From: Minisyncoccota bacterium | GTDB taxonomy: Bacteria > Patescibacteriota > Minisyncoccia > Phycocordibacterales > Phycocordibacteraceae | DNA length: 17,113 bases | Direction of reading: 5' to 3' | Assembly: GCA_035531095.1 (NCBI GenBank) | Contig: DATKTL010000042.1 | Span: 1 to 17,113, forward strand | In this document: positions 1 to 6,032 of the stretch, piece after piece | Layout: each line of letters starts with the position of its first letter | How positions within the stretch are numbered: the stretch's first letter is position 1 | Notes under the pieces: generated by a model | What the model saw: the letters and a program-made list of their open reading frames with translations, nothing else | What the model was told of the DNA's origin: nothing | The model's database searches: none | Program-made: the position numbers and the translations under genes

Positions 1-71
1 GCGATGTCGGCCATGCCGATCTCCTCGTACATCTCTTCGTTGCTCTCGCCGCTGTGCAGGTGTTCGTCCAT
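1..71 (-). CDS. 5' end of a CDS running off the left edge (MDEHLHSGESNEEMYEEIGMADI...); possibly nusG, judged only from its position downstream of secE
   Basis: ATG at 71 on the minus strand, open to the window edge, 11 nt after the secE stop. secE-nusG adjacency is a widely conserved gene order. Only 23 codons are visible, so there is no domain evidence. Confidence 0.3.
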   Translation of the reverse strand, partial: MDEHLHSGESNEEMYEEIGMADI

Positions 72-82
72 AGGTAGAAGGA

Positions 83-268
83 TTAGCCGCCGATAACGCG
101 ATTCACCCCGAGACCGAACACGTAGTCGAGCAGGCCGACCAGAAGCGCGATGACCGCCGCGATAGCGACGACGGCGACCGTGTGCGAGACCGCCGTCCGA
201 TTAGACGGCCAGACGATGTGCGTGAACTCTTCGCGAACATGCTTCAGATAGGTGAAGGGTGAGGTCAT
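83..268 (-). CDS. secE: Preprotein translocase subunit SecE (61 aa)
   Basis: MTSPFTYLKHVREEFTHIVWPSNRTAV... followed by one C-terminal TM helix, which is the typical SecE layout (K.V..E..KV.WP motif plus TM). The ATG at 268 is preferred over the TTG at 286 given in the ORF track. Confidence 0.75.
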   Translation of the reverse strand: MTSPFTYLKHVREEFTHIVWPSNRTAVSHTVAVVAIAAVIALLVGLLDYVFGLGVNRVIGG

Positions 269-288
269 GGATGTGCGTAAGGTCAAAT

Positions 289-308
289 AAAAAAGCCCTG
301 CGGGCTTT
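289..308 (-). terminator. Rho-independent terminator-like hairpin (AAGCCC-GCA-GGGCTT followed by T6 on the minus strand)
   Basis: Read on the minus strand: cgAAAGCCCgcaGGGCTTTTTTattt. It lies downstream of the SIMPL gene and about 20 nt upstream of the secE ATG. Confidence 0.6.
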
Positions 309-346
309 CGATGCGAGCAGTATAGTACAGGGCGCTGTATGCGTCA

Positions 347-381
347 ACAACCCGCATTCCGCCTAGGCGGAAGCGGGTTGT
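347..381 (-). other. Strong GC-rich hairpin, about 15 bp with one bulged A and no U-tract
   Basis: ACAACCCGC(A)TTCCGCC-TA-GGCGGAAGCGGGTTGT, starting 15 nt after the SIMPL stop codon. Confidence 0.5.
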
Positions 382-395
382 CGGGTGGAGCGGCA

Positions 396-1193
396 CTAGC
401 GGATCTCGTAGGTGATCGAAACGGAAGCGTTGTACGTATTCTCGCCGACGGGGACGTTCGGCGTCGCTTCTGACTTCGCCGAAGTGCCCGCCGCCATGGC
501 ATAGACCGGCGTCGGATACCCGCCTGAATTCTCGCTGAAGTTCACAATCTTGCCGAGCGTGACGCCGAGCTGGCTCGAGAGGAGTGCGGCTTGCGCCTTC
601 GCTTTGGCGATAGCATCAGCACGGGCGGCATCGTAGCCCGCGGTCGTGTCATCGAGAGTGAAGTCGGGACCGGAGACGTTCTGTACAGCGAGCTTCCCGA
701 GGTCGGCGAGGAGCGTGCCTACTGAAGACAAGTCGCGCACGGTCACTTGTATCGACTCAGAGACCTGGTATCCGGTAATCGTCGGTGCGCCGTACGGCGG
801 ACACGCGACACCGGCCGTACACGGACGCGGATACGAGTACTGCGGAGAGATGTTGTACGAGAGTGTCTTCACGTCTTTGTCCGCGATGCCTTGCGCTTTC
901 ACGATGCCGAGCACAGCATTCGCCTGCTTGGTCGTCGCGGCCTGCGCGTCAGCGACGGCCGGCGCAGTGTTCTGTACCGTGAAGGATACGCGCGCGACAT
1001 CCGGCGCGAGCGTCGCTTGGCCGCTGCCGTTTACCGTCACCGTATCAGTCGCCGGCACGCTCGGGCGGCCGAAGTTCTCGGCAGTCGTTATCGTCTGCGC
1101 AAGCAGGAAGAGCGCGAGGATAGAGAGCGCCCCGGTAAGCGCGATGCGCACGCCGCCGGTGCTGAAAAGCTCGTCAAACATGTTGTTGTTCAT
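396..1193 (-). CDS. SIMPL / DUF541 family periplasmic-type protein (BP26/Omp28-like), N-terminal membrane anchor
   Basis: 265-aa ORF. An N-terminal hydrophobic helix is followed by ...VTVNGSGQATLAPDVARVSFTV...AVADAQ...N..L..V...GI...DV.T..YNISPQY... and a C-terminal ...GENTYNASVSITYEI, which is characteristic of SIMPL-domain proteins. Confidence 0.85.
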   Translation of the reverse strand: MNNNMFDELFSTGGVRIALTGALSILALFLLAQTITTAENFGRPSVPATDTVTVNGSGQATLAPDVARVSFTVQNTAPAVADAQAATTKQANAVLGIVKAQGIADKDVKTLSYNISPQYSYPRPCTAGVACPPYGAPTITGYQVSESIQVTVRDLSSVGTLLADLGKLAVQNVSGPDFTLDDTTAGYDAARADAIAKAKAQAALLSSQLGVTLGKIVNFSENSGGYPTPVYAMAAGTSAKSEATPNVPVGENTYNASVSITYEIR

Positions 1194-1199
1194 AGCGAA

Positions 1200-1205
1200 A
1201 TTATA
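1200..1205 (-). promoter_or_regulatory. -10 box TATAAT, 6-nt spacer, then the ATG of the SIMPL gene (leaderless arrangement)
   Basis: Minus strand reads ccTTATAATttcgctATG. No Shine-Dalgarno fits in the 6-nt gap. Confidence 0.45.
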
Positions 1206-1222
1206 AGGTTACCTGCAGGAAA

Positions 1223-1876
1223 CTATAGCACCTGAAGCGTCGAGAGGAGTTTCGCGAGTGCGGCATGGGCCGGCAATGCCGAGATGTCGAGCGCCGGATC
1301 GGCCCAGTTCGCGACTCCGGTGTCCACCGCATCGAAGCGCAATACGCCGGTGCCGGACGGGAGATTCACCGGGTAATAGGCAGTGTCGATGGTGCCCTCA
1401 GAGCGTTCGATCGAGACGATCGTGAAGCGATTCCTCCCCAATACCGAGGAGGTGAAGGCGGTTACGCCGACTGGGGTGCCCGACACGCCGTCCAGAGCCG
1501 TCTGATGAATGATGCTATCGGGTGTCGAAGACGCATCGACGGTGTAGCGACGAATGATGATATTCGCAGTCGTCACGGACGACGTTGCCGACTCCCCATA
1601 CGCGGCGATACTCGCCGCATCGGGGACCTCGGCCACGCTGAAGCCCGGCGGTATGGCAAAAGCGATGTTCGCGTCCGCGAGCGATACGTTCGGCGGCGGG
1701 CATGCGGGGAACGTGCAGGAGAGTCCGGTGCGCGCCACTGACGTACCGTCGGGGCACACTTCCGCATCAAGCGGGCACGCGATGGGCTGACTTGGGTGCT
1801 CGACCGCATTCCGATACACGAGCCCGCCAACGCCGACGAGAATGATAAGTAGAATACCCCAAAAAAGATTCTTCAT
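1223..1876 (-). CDS. Membrane-anchored hypothetical protein with a 4-Cys motif (CPLDAEVCPDGTSVARTGLSCTFPACP)
   Basis: The internal ATG at 1876 (MKNLFWGILLIILVGVGG...) gives a signal-anchor N-terminus and sits 8 nt after the upstream gene's stop. The 47 codons upstream in the ORF track overlap that gene and look non-coding. Confidence 0.7.
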   Translation of the reverse strand: MKNLFWGILLIILVGVGGLVYRNAVEHPSQPIACPLDAEVCPDGTSVARTGLSCTFPACPPPNVSLADANIAFAIPPGFSVAEVPDAASIAAYGESATSSVTTANIIIRRYTVDASSTPDSIIHQTALDGVSGTPVGVTAFTSSVLGRNRFTIVSIERSEGTIDTAYYPVNLPSGTGVLRFDAVDTGVANWADPALDISALPAHAALAKLLSTLQVL

Positions 1877-1883
1877 AGCCTTA

Positions 1884-2087
1884 TTAGATGGCACCGAGAC
1901 GCAAAAGCAACGTACCAATCCAGAGAATGAGAATGAAGTAGTAAAGCGCCCACCCTTCTGCCGGCGGGAACCAACGCGAAAACGTACGGAAATGTTTTGC
2001 GTACCAATCGGGACCAAATAGCACGAGCAAATTGCAACTCACACTGTCGATGACAAGCAGATAAAAAATGATAGCTTCGATGGACAT
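1884..2087 (-). CDS. Small hypothetical integral membrane protein (67 aa, 2 TM)
   Basis: MSIEAIIFYLLVIDSV...WALYYFILILWIGTLLLRLGAI shows two clear hydrophobic helices. It is tightly coupled to the downstream gene. Confidence 0.6.
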   Translation of the reverse strand: MSIEAIIFYLLVIDSVSCNLLVLFGPDWYAKHFRTFSRWFPPAEGWALYYFILILWIGTLLLRLGAI

Positions 2088-2178
2088 AGGATTCGTTCGC
2101 TATATTGATAAGTTCTTTATAGTATACCGCTCTACACGGCGGTACGTTACAGAAACCGTGCGCTCTTGCTTCGAGCTG

Positions 2179-2313
2179 TTTGGGCGACTACAGGGAATCG
2201 GGGTCAAGTTTCTAAGCTCGAAGACTCGCTAAGAACTTCCTCCCCGGGCTCGCCGACAAGCACTCGCTTCGCTCGTCTTGTATACCGGCTCCGCCTTTCG
2301 ATTCCCTGTAGTC
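2179..2313 (-). repeat. tRNA-His-derived structured element: a 22-nt direct copy and a 17-nt inverted copy of the tRNA-His 3' end closing a roughly 135-nt rod-like structure
   Basis: 2179-2200 is identical to 2362-2383 (tttgggcgactacagggaatcg). 2297-2313 (ttcgattccctgtagtc) is its inverted copy. 2186-2200 pairs perfectly (15 bp) with 2299-2313. The interior holds imperfect hairpins at about 2199-2250 and 2251-2290. Confidence 0.6.
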
Positions 2314-2317
2314 TGCT

Positions 2318-2366
2318 CCAAAAAATATAGTCATCGGATACTGCGTATCCTCTTCGTTATTTTTGG
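2318..2366 (-). terminator. A-run / hairpin / T-run terminator-like structure that starts within the last nucleotides of tRNA-His
   Basis: Minus strand: CCAAAAATAacgaagaGGATACgcaGTATCCgatgacTATATTTTTTGG. The outer A-run and T-run arms pair, and the inner stem is 6 bp. Confidence 0.5.
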
Positions 2367-2438
2367 GCGACTACAGGGAATCGAACCCTGATCGAGAGCT
2401 CCACAAGCTCCAGTGTTAACCATTACACCATAGTCGCC
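2365..2438 (-). tRNA. tRNA-His (anticodon GTG), with encoded G-1 and C73; no encoded CCA
   Basis: Cloverleaf by hand: 8-bp acceptor GGCGACTA/TAGTCGCC, D stem GTGT/ACAC, anticodon loop TTGTGGA, T arm CAGGG-TTCGATT-CCCTG. Confidence 0.9.
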
Positions 2439-2485
2439 ATGCACACGATTTTTTATAACACGGAATCGACGAACGCGCGATTCTC

Positions 2486-3028
2486 TCAATACCGGGGGTT
2501 CTCTTCAGCGACGCCGGCCTGGTGGTTCGCAAGCCGCGCGAGCGCGAAGAGGAGCGAGGAGAGGCGGTTCATGTAGGATTTCGTCTCGGGAGGGATATCA
2601 TGCACGCCAACCTCGGCGACCGCTATGAGCCGGCGCTCGGCTCGGCGCGCGAGCGTCCGCGCGACGTCGAGGAGCGCGGAGAGTTCCGTGCCGCCCGCGA
2701 TGGAGAATCCTTTAAGCGGCGGGATCTCCCTCTCGATGCCATTCGTGATGTCTTCGATCTCTTTCACCGCATGCTCCCCCACTTGTTTCTCTGCGCCGGC
2801 GACTTCCGCCTGGATAATGAAGAGCGTCTCCTGCACGTCGCGGAGCACGCGTGCGATACGATCATTATCTGCGGCGCACAGCTTCACGAAGCCGAGGAAG
2901 GCGTTCAACTCATCGAGCGTGCCGAGCGCTTCGGGCAATTCGGACGATTTCGAGATGCGCTTTTGGTCGCAGCCGAAAGCCGTCGTCGTCCCGCCGTCCC
3001 CTTTGCCTGTATAGAGCATATACGCCAT
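2486..3028 (-). CDS. ATP:cob(I)alamin adenosyltransferase, PduO-type (MMAB-like)
   Basis: N-terminal YTGKGDGGTT matches the family YT.TGD.G.T motif. This is followed by ...LGTLDELN..LG... and C-terminal ...YMNRLSSLLFALAR. An alternative start sits at 3019 (MLYTGKGD...). Confidence 0.85.
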   Translation of the reverse strand: MAYMLYTGKGDGGTTTAFGCDQKRISKSSELPEALGTLDELNAFLGFVKLCAADNDRIARVLRDVQETLFIIQAEVAGAEKQVGEHAVKEIEDITNGIEREIPPLKGFSIAGGTELSALLDVARTLARRAERRLIAVAEVGVHDIPPETKSYMNRLSSLLFALARLANHQAGVAEENPRY

Positions 3029-3052
3029 AGTATACCGCCCGTTTCTGGTCTA

Positions 3053-3081
3053 TTGACTTATATATACAATGATGCTATATT
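3053..3081 (+). promoter_or_regulatory. Sigma70-like promoter TTGACT - 17 nt - TATATT
   Basis: TTGACT at 3053-3058 and TATATT at 3076-3081, about 30 nt upstream of the small ORF at 3112, which has a GGAGAG Shine-Dalgarno at 3101-3106. Confidence 0.5.
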
Positions 3082-3111
3082 GTAAGTGTTCTTTACAACT
3101 GGAGAGACATC

Positions 3112-3288
3112 ATGAAGGATTGCCGTTCGCAGTCGCATTACGAAAGTAAGCAGGATGACTGGCTCGACAAGCAGGTCTTTCTGGGGCTGACCTGGAACGA
3201 CATCCTGCTGTGGGGGGCGATAATCGTCCTTGTGGCAATCTGCTACGAGTACCTCCCGAGTTGGGACTTCATCTTCGGGAAGCGGTAG
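3112..3288 (+). CDS. Small hypothetical membrane protein (58 aa), below the ORF-track length cutoff
   Basis: MKDCRSQSHYESKQDDWLDKQVFLGLTWNDILLWGAIIVLVAICYEYLPSWDFIFGKR. GGAGAG sits 5 nt before the ATG, a near-consensus promoter lies upstream and a strong terminator follows directly. One TM helix. Confidence 0.45.
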   Translation: MKDCRSQSHYESKQDDWLDKQVFLGLTWNDILLWGAIIVLVAICYEYLPSWDFIFGKR

Positions 3289-3306
3289 CACGGCAGCAAA
3301 ATACAA

Positions 3307-3337
3307 AGACCCGGACGCATGCGTCCGGGTCTTTTTC
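3307..3337. terminator. Bidirectional rho-independent terminator (11-bp GC-rich stem)
   Basis: AGACCCGGACG-catg-CGTCCGGGTCT followed by TTTTT on the plus strand, with a weaker T-rich tract (ctttgtatttt) on the minus strand. It lies between the convergent small ORFs at 3112-3288 (+) and 3354-3527 (-). Confidence 0.7.
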
Positions 3338-3353
3338 TTATTACCCTCCTCCG

Positions 3354-3527
3354 TCAGGGGCGCTTGTGCTTCTTGTCGTACTGCTTCTGGCGCGTGTATC
3401 GCCGTATAGTGTGAGCCGTTGCCGACTCAAGCAGCGTCTTCTGAGGCGAACCGGCATGCTTCCTTGCATCCCTCGCTCTCTTCTTGTTCCGGGAGAGACG
3501 GCGAGTGATGCCATGTGACACGGGCAT
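3354..3527 (-). CDS. Small, highly basic hypothetical protein (57 aa)
   Basis: MPVSHGITRRLSRNKKRARDARKHAGSPQKTLLESATAHTIRRYTRQKQYDKKHKRP. AAAGGA lies 7 nt before the ATG at 3527, third-position GC is high like the neighbouring genes, and a terminator follows. The longer ORF-track version (to 3680) would overlap tRNA-Leu and is rejected. Confidence 0.45.
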   Translation of the reverse strand: MPVSHGITRRLSRNKKRARDARKHAGSPQKTLLESATAHTIRRYTRQKQYDKKHKRP

Positions 3528-3632
3528 AATGCGTCCTTTCATAAGACTTGCATGGGCTTCGGGACCTTCTGTTCCGAAAGCGATACTAGCACGCTGGAAA
3601 CCAAAAGACACCCTTACGGGTGTCTTAATTTG

Positions 3633-3717
3633 TGCGCAGGGGGAGACTTGAACTCCCATGCCCATAACAGGCGTTACCACCTCAAGGTAGTGCGTCTACC
3701 AATTTCGCCACCTGCGC
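3633..3717 (-). tRNA. tRNA-Leu (anticodon GAG), class II with long variable arm
   Basis: Acceptor GCGCAGG/CCTGCGC, 3-bp D stem GCG/CGC, anticodon loop TTGAGGT, long variable arm, T arm GGGAG-TTCAAGT-CTCCC. Confidence 0.9.
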
Positions 3718-3734
3718 AAACGAGAACACTACGA

Positions 3735-4238
3735 CTATACCACGACTTCCGCTGCCGCTTCCACCTCCGGGGCGACGACTTCAGCGGCTGCCTCTTCTGC
3801 TTCTACCGGCACTTCCTCCGGTGCGATCGTCTCGTCGCTCTTCAGGTGCAGCATGCGCGCCCCGCGGAGCTGGCGGCGGACCGCCTTCGCCGCCTTCTCG
3901 CGGATGAAGTAGAGCTTGGCGCGGCGGACTTTCGAGCGCTTCACGATCTCGATCGAGTCGATGGACGGGGTGTAGAGCGGGAACGTCTTCTCGACGCCGA
4001 TGCCGGAGAGCGTCGTGCGGACGGTGAACATCGCGCCGCTCTCGGTACCATGCTTCACGGAGATGACGAGGCCTTCGAAGACCTGCTTGCGGACGTTCTT
4101 GACGATCTTCTCCTTCTTGTCGGCGCCCTTACCCTTCTTGAGGTCGACGATGTTTTGCACGACGCGCACCGTATCGCCCGCGCGAATACCAAGTTTCGCG
4201 CGCCCATCGGCGTTGACCGGAGTTATGACCTTCTGCAT
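3735..4238 (-). CDS. rplS: 50S ribosomal protein L19 with an acidic Ala/Glu/Val-rich C-terminal extension
   Basis: ...GDTVRVV..I...K.......QVFEGLVISVKHGT.SGAMFTVR....GIGVEKTFPLYTPSIDSIEIVKRSKVRRAKLYF.R. matches the L19 core. The start at 4238 (MQKV...) is preferred because TGaTACAGT lies 8 nt upstream. The ORF track starts at 4256. Confidence 0.9.
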   Translation of the reverse strand: MQKVITPVNADGRAKLGIRAGDTVRVVQNIVDLKKGKGADKKEKIVKNVRKQVFEGLVISVKHGTESGAMFTVRTTLSGIGVEKTFPLYTPSIDSIEIVKRSKVRRAKLYFIREKAAKAVRRQLRGARMLHLKSDETIAPEEVPVEAEEAAAEVVAPEVEAAAEVVV

Positions 4239-4246
4239 ATTCGCGC

Positions 4247-4255
4247 ACTGTATCA
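4247..4255 (-). promoter_or_regulatory. Extended -10 TGaTACAGT, 8-nt spacer, then the ATG of rplS (leaderless arrangement)
   Basis: Minus strand reads gcgTGaTACAGTgcgcgaatATG. Confidence 0.45.
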
Positions 4256-4279
4256 CGCCGGGTGATTAAGAGCAAATAC

Positions 4280-5023
4280 TCAGCCCTTACCCGAAAAACG
4301 GCTCTGTGCCGCGACGAAATCACCGGGAAGCGGCGCTTCGAAGGTGTGCCGCTCGCCCGAAGGGAGCGTGATCGAGAGCGAAAAAGCGTGGAGCGCCTGA
4401 CGCGAGAAGCCGAGGAGGCACGGTTTCCCTTTCGCGTAGAGCTTATCGCAAACGACGGGGTGACCGAGGTGTTTGAAGTGCACGCGGATCTGGTGCGTAC
4501 GGCCAGTCTTCGGGCGCGCTTCCAGATGCGCGACCTTTTCATCCTGCTCCTCGTCGACGCCGCGCGCGAGCACCCGCCAGTCGGTCACGGCCGCGCGATG
4601 CTTCTTCCCTTCCTCTGCGCGCGCGATACCCCAACGCGGCGGCACCGCGCGGATGCGCACGATCTCAGCCTCGATGGTGCCGCTATTCGCGCGCGGATGG
4701 CCGTAGACGAATGCGTGATACGTTTTTTCGGTCGTGCGGTTCTGGAACTGTTCTTTGAGGAAAGCATACGCCTCCGGAGTCTTCGCCAGGATCATCACGC
4801 CAGAGGTATCGCGGTCGAGCCGATGCACGATGCCCGGGCGCGCTACCACTTCCCCTTGCGGCGACGTCCACGGTTCGCCTACGCCCGCCATCTGCGGGTA
4901 CTGCGCGAGCACCCACGCGGCGACCGACGGCTCGTCGGTGCGGCCATCGCTGTGCACGATAAGCCCGGCCGGCTTATCGATAACGAGCACATCAGCGTCT
5001 TCATAGAGGACGGAGGGGTTCAT
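4280..5023 (-). CDS. RluA-family pseudouridine synthase (no S4 domain)
   Basis: VLVIDKPAGL.VH, the catalytic HRLDRDTSGV motif, and ...RTHQIRVH...G.P...D..Y. Confidence 0.9.
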   Translation of the reverse strand: MNPSVLYEDADVLVIDKPAGLIVHSDGRTDEPSVAAWVLAQYPQMAGVGEPWTSPQGEVVARPGIVHRLDRDTSGVMILAKTPEAYAFLKEQFQNRTTEKTYHAFVYGHPRANSGTIEAEIVRIRAVPPRWGIARAEEGKKHRAAVTDWRVLARGVDEEQDEKVAHLEARPKTGRTHQIRVHFKHLGHPVVCDKLYAKGKPCLLGFSRQALHAFSLSITLPSGERHTFEAPLPGDFVAAQSRFSGKG

Positions 5024-5029
5024 CGCTCT

Positions 5030-5038
5030 ACAGTATCA
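5030..5038 (-). promoter_or_regulatory. Extended -10 TGaTACTGT, 6-nt spacer, then the ATG of the RluA-family gene (leaderless arrangement)
   Basis: Minus strand reads aaaTGaTACTGTagagcgATG. It lies in the 25-nt gap after the uppS stop. Confidence 0.45.
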
Positions 5039-5048
5039 TTTCTCGCTC

Positions 5049-5741
5049 TTATTTCCCGTGGCGGCGTTCGCGTGCGGAGAACTCAGCGAGGATAGTATCG
5101 AACATCTCGCGAGAGAAATCCGGCCAGAACGCATCGATGAAGAAGAGTTCGCTGTAGACCGACTGCCACGGGAGGAATCCCGAGAGGCGCCGCTCACCGC
5201 CGGTACGGATGATGAGGTCCGGGTCCGGCATCGGGTAGGACCAGAGATTACGCGTGAATGCTTCCTCGTCGGCAGCTGTCGCCTCCTCCTCAAGCAGAGC
5301 ATTGGCCGCGGCGACTATCTCCGCGCGGCCGCCGTAGGACATGAGGAGATGGAGCGTTATGTCATAGGATTCGGCAGTCGCCGCCTCCATAGCAGCCATC
5401 ATCGTCTGCATATCCTCGCTGAAACGCGACCGGTCGCCGACGAACCGCACGCGGATGCGTTCCTCGATCATCTTCTTCGTCTCATTCTCGAGGATCGAAC
5501 GGAAAAGCTTCATCAGGTAGCCGACCTCAGCTTCCGACCGCTGCCAATTCTCCGTCGAGAACGCGTACGCGACCACGTGCGGGACACCCGCTTCGCGCGC
5601 GAAACGGAGCGTGTCTTGAAGCCGCTTGTACCCCTCTGCATGCCCTTCGAACACCGGCAGGCCGCGCGCCTTCGCCCAACGGCGGTTGCCATCCATGATG
5701 ATGCCGACGCACGAGACGCCCGATGCGTTGTTCATAGTCAT
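5049..5741 (-). CDS. uppS: Undecaprenyl (isoprenyl) diphosphate synthase
   Basis: IIMDGNRRWA, FSTENW.R, RTGGE.RLSGFLPWQS.YSELFF....WPDF are canonical cis-prenyltransferase motifs. Confidence 0.92.
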   Translation of the reverse strand: MTMNNASGVSCVGIIMDGNRRWAKARGLPVFEGHAEGYKRLQDTLRFAREAGVPHVVAYAFSTENWQRSEAEVGYLMKLFRSILENETKKMIEERIRVRFVGDRSRFSEDMQTMMAAMEAATAESYDITLHLLMSYGGRAEIVAAANALLEEEATAADEEAFTRNLWSYPMPDPDLIIRTGGERRLSGFLPWQSVYSELFFIDAFWPDFSREMFDTILAEFSARERRHGK

Positions 5742-5774
5742 ATGAACCTATACGTCTTTGCCTTTAGTTTCAAG

Positions 5775-5847
5775 TGGGCGCTAGAGGACTCGAACCTCTG
5801 ACCTACCCGGTGTAAACGGGTTGCTCTACCAACTGAGCTAAGCGCCC
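5775..5847 (-). tRNA. tRNA-Val (anticodon TAC)
   Basis: GGGCGCT TA GCTC AGTTGGTA GAGC A ACCCG TTTACAC CGGGT AGGTC AGAGG TTCGAGT CCTCT AGCGCCC A. Confidence 0.92.
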
Positions 5848-5848
5848 T

Positions 5849-5923
5849 CGGACGGTACTAGAGACTCCTTCGGAGGAAGCATAACCAGCTGGTTACAGCC
5901 TCCACCGACTGAGCTAATCGCCC
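5849..5923 (-). pseudogene. tRNA-like remnant: an intact-looking 5' acceptor strand and D arm, with non-canonical anticodon and T regions
   Basis: GGGCGATTAGCTCAGTCGGTGGAG(G)C matches a tRNA 5' third. It continues with the palindrome GTAACCAGCTGGTTAT (6- or 8-nt loop, no U33) and a CCTCCGAAGGAG hairpin instead of a GTTCGAATC T-loop. The 3' ACCGTCC pairs only imperfectly with the 5' strand. It fills exactly the tRNA-sized gap between tRNA-Leu(CAG) and tRNA-Val. Confidence 0.4.
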
Positions 5924-5946
5924 GTGAATGCATTTTACTGCATTCT

Positions 5947-6031
5947 TGGTGGGCATGGGGAGACTCGAACTCCCAAGTCTTGCGACATACGCTTCTGAGA
6001 CGTACGCGTATACCAATTCCGCCACATGCCC
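5947..6031 (-). tRNA. tRNA-Leu (anticodon CAG), class II, CCA encoded
   Basis: Acceptor GGGCATG/CATGCCC, anticodon stem-loop TACGT-CTCAGAA-GCGTA, long variable arm, T arm GGGAG-TTCGAGT-CTCCC, A73 then CCA. Confidence 0.92.
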
Positions 6032-6032
6032 G

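Noticed and set aside
646-1235. Plus-strand ORFs of 186, 162 and 65 aa inside the SIMPL gene region
   Set aside because: They are antisense shadow ORFs of a well-supported minus-strand gene. Their Arg/Ala/Ser-rich composition is typical of wrong-frame translation in GC-rich DNA, and they have no motifs or start context.
2179-2383. Integrated prophage or genomic island at tRNA-His, suggested by the direct repeat of the tRNA 3' end
   Set aside because: Only about 160 bp separate the repeats and no integrase or cargo gene is present. At most it is a scar, so it is reported instead as a structured repeat.
2522-3085. 187-aa and 129-aa plus-strand ORFs opposite the adenosyltransferase gene
   Set aside because: They are shadow ORFs. 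The minus-strand product has clear PduO-type motifs and these do not.
3058-3306. 82-aa minus-strand ORF
   Set aside because: The opposite-strand 58-aa ORF (3112-3288) has a consensus-like promoter, a GGAGAG Shine-Dalgarno, a TM helix and a terminator. The minus ORF has none of these and would read through the terminator.
4262-5095. 277-aa plus-strand ORF and several shorter ORFs overlapping the RluA-family gene
   Set aside because: Antisense to a gene with the catalytic HRLDRDTSG motif. The composition is Arg-rich and low in information.
5058-5801. 247-aa plus-strand ORF opposite uppS
   Set aside because: It is a shadow ORF. It would also run across the tRNA-Val gene.
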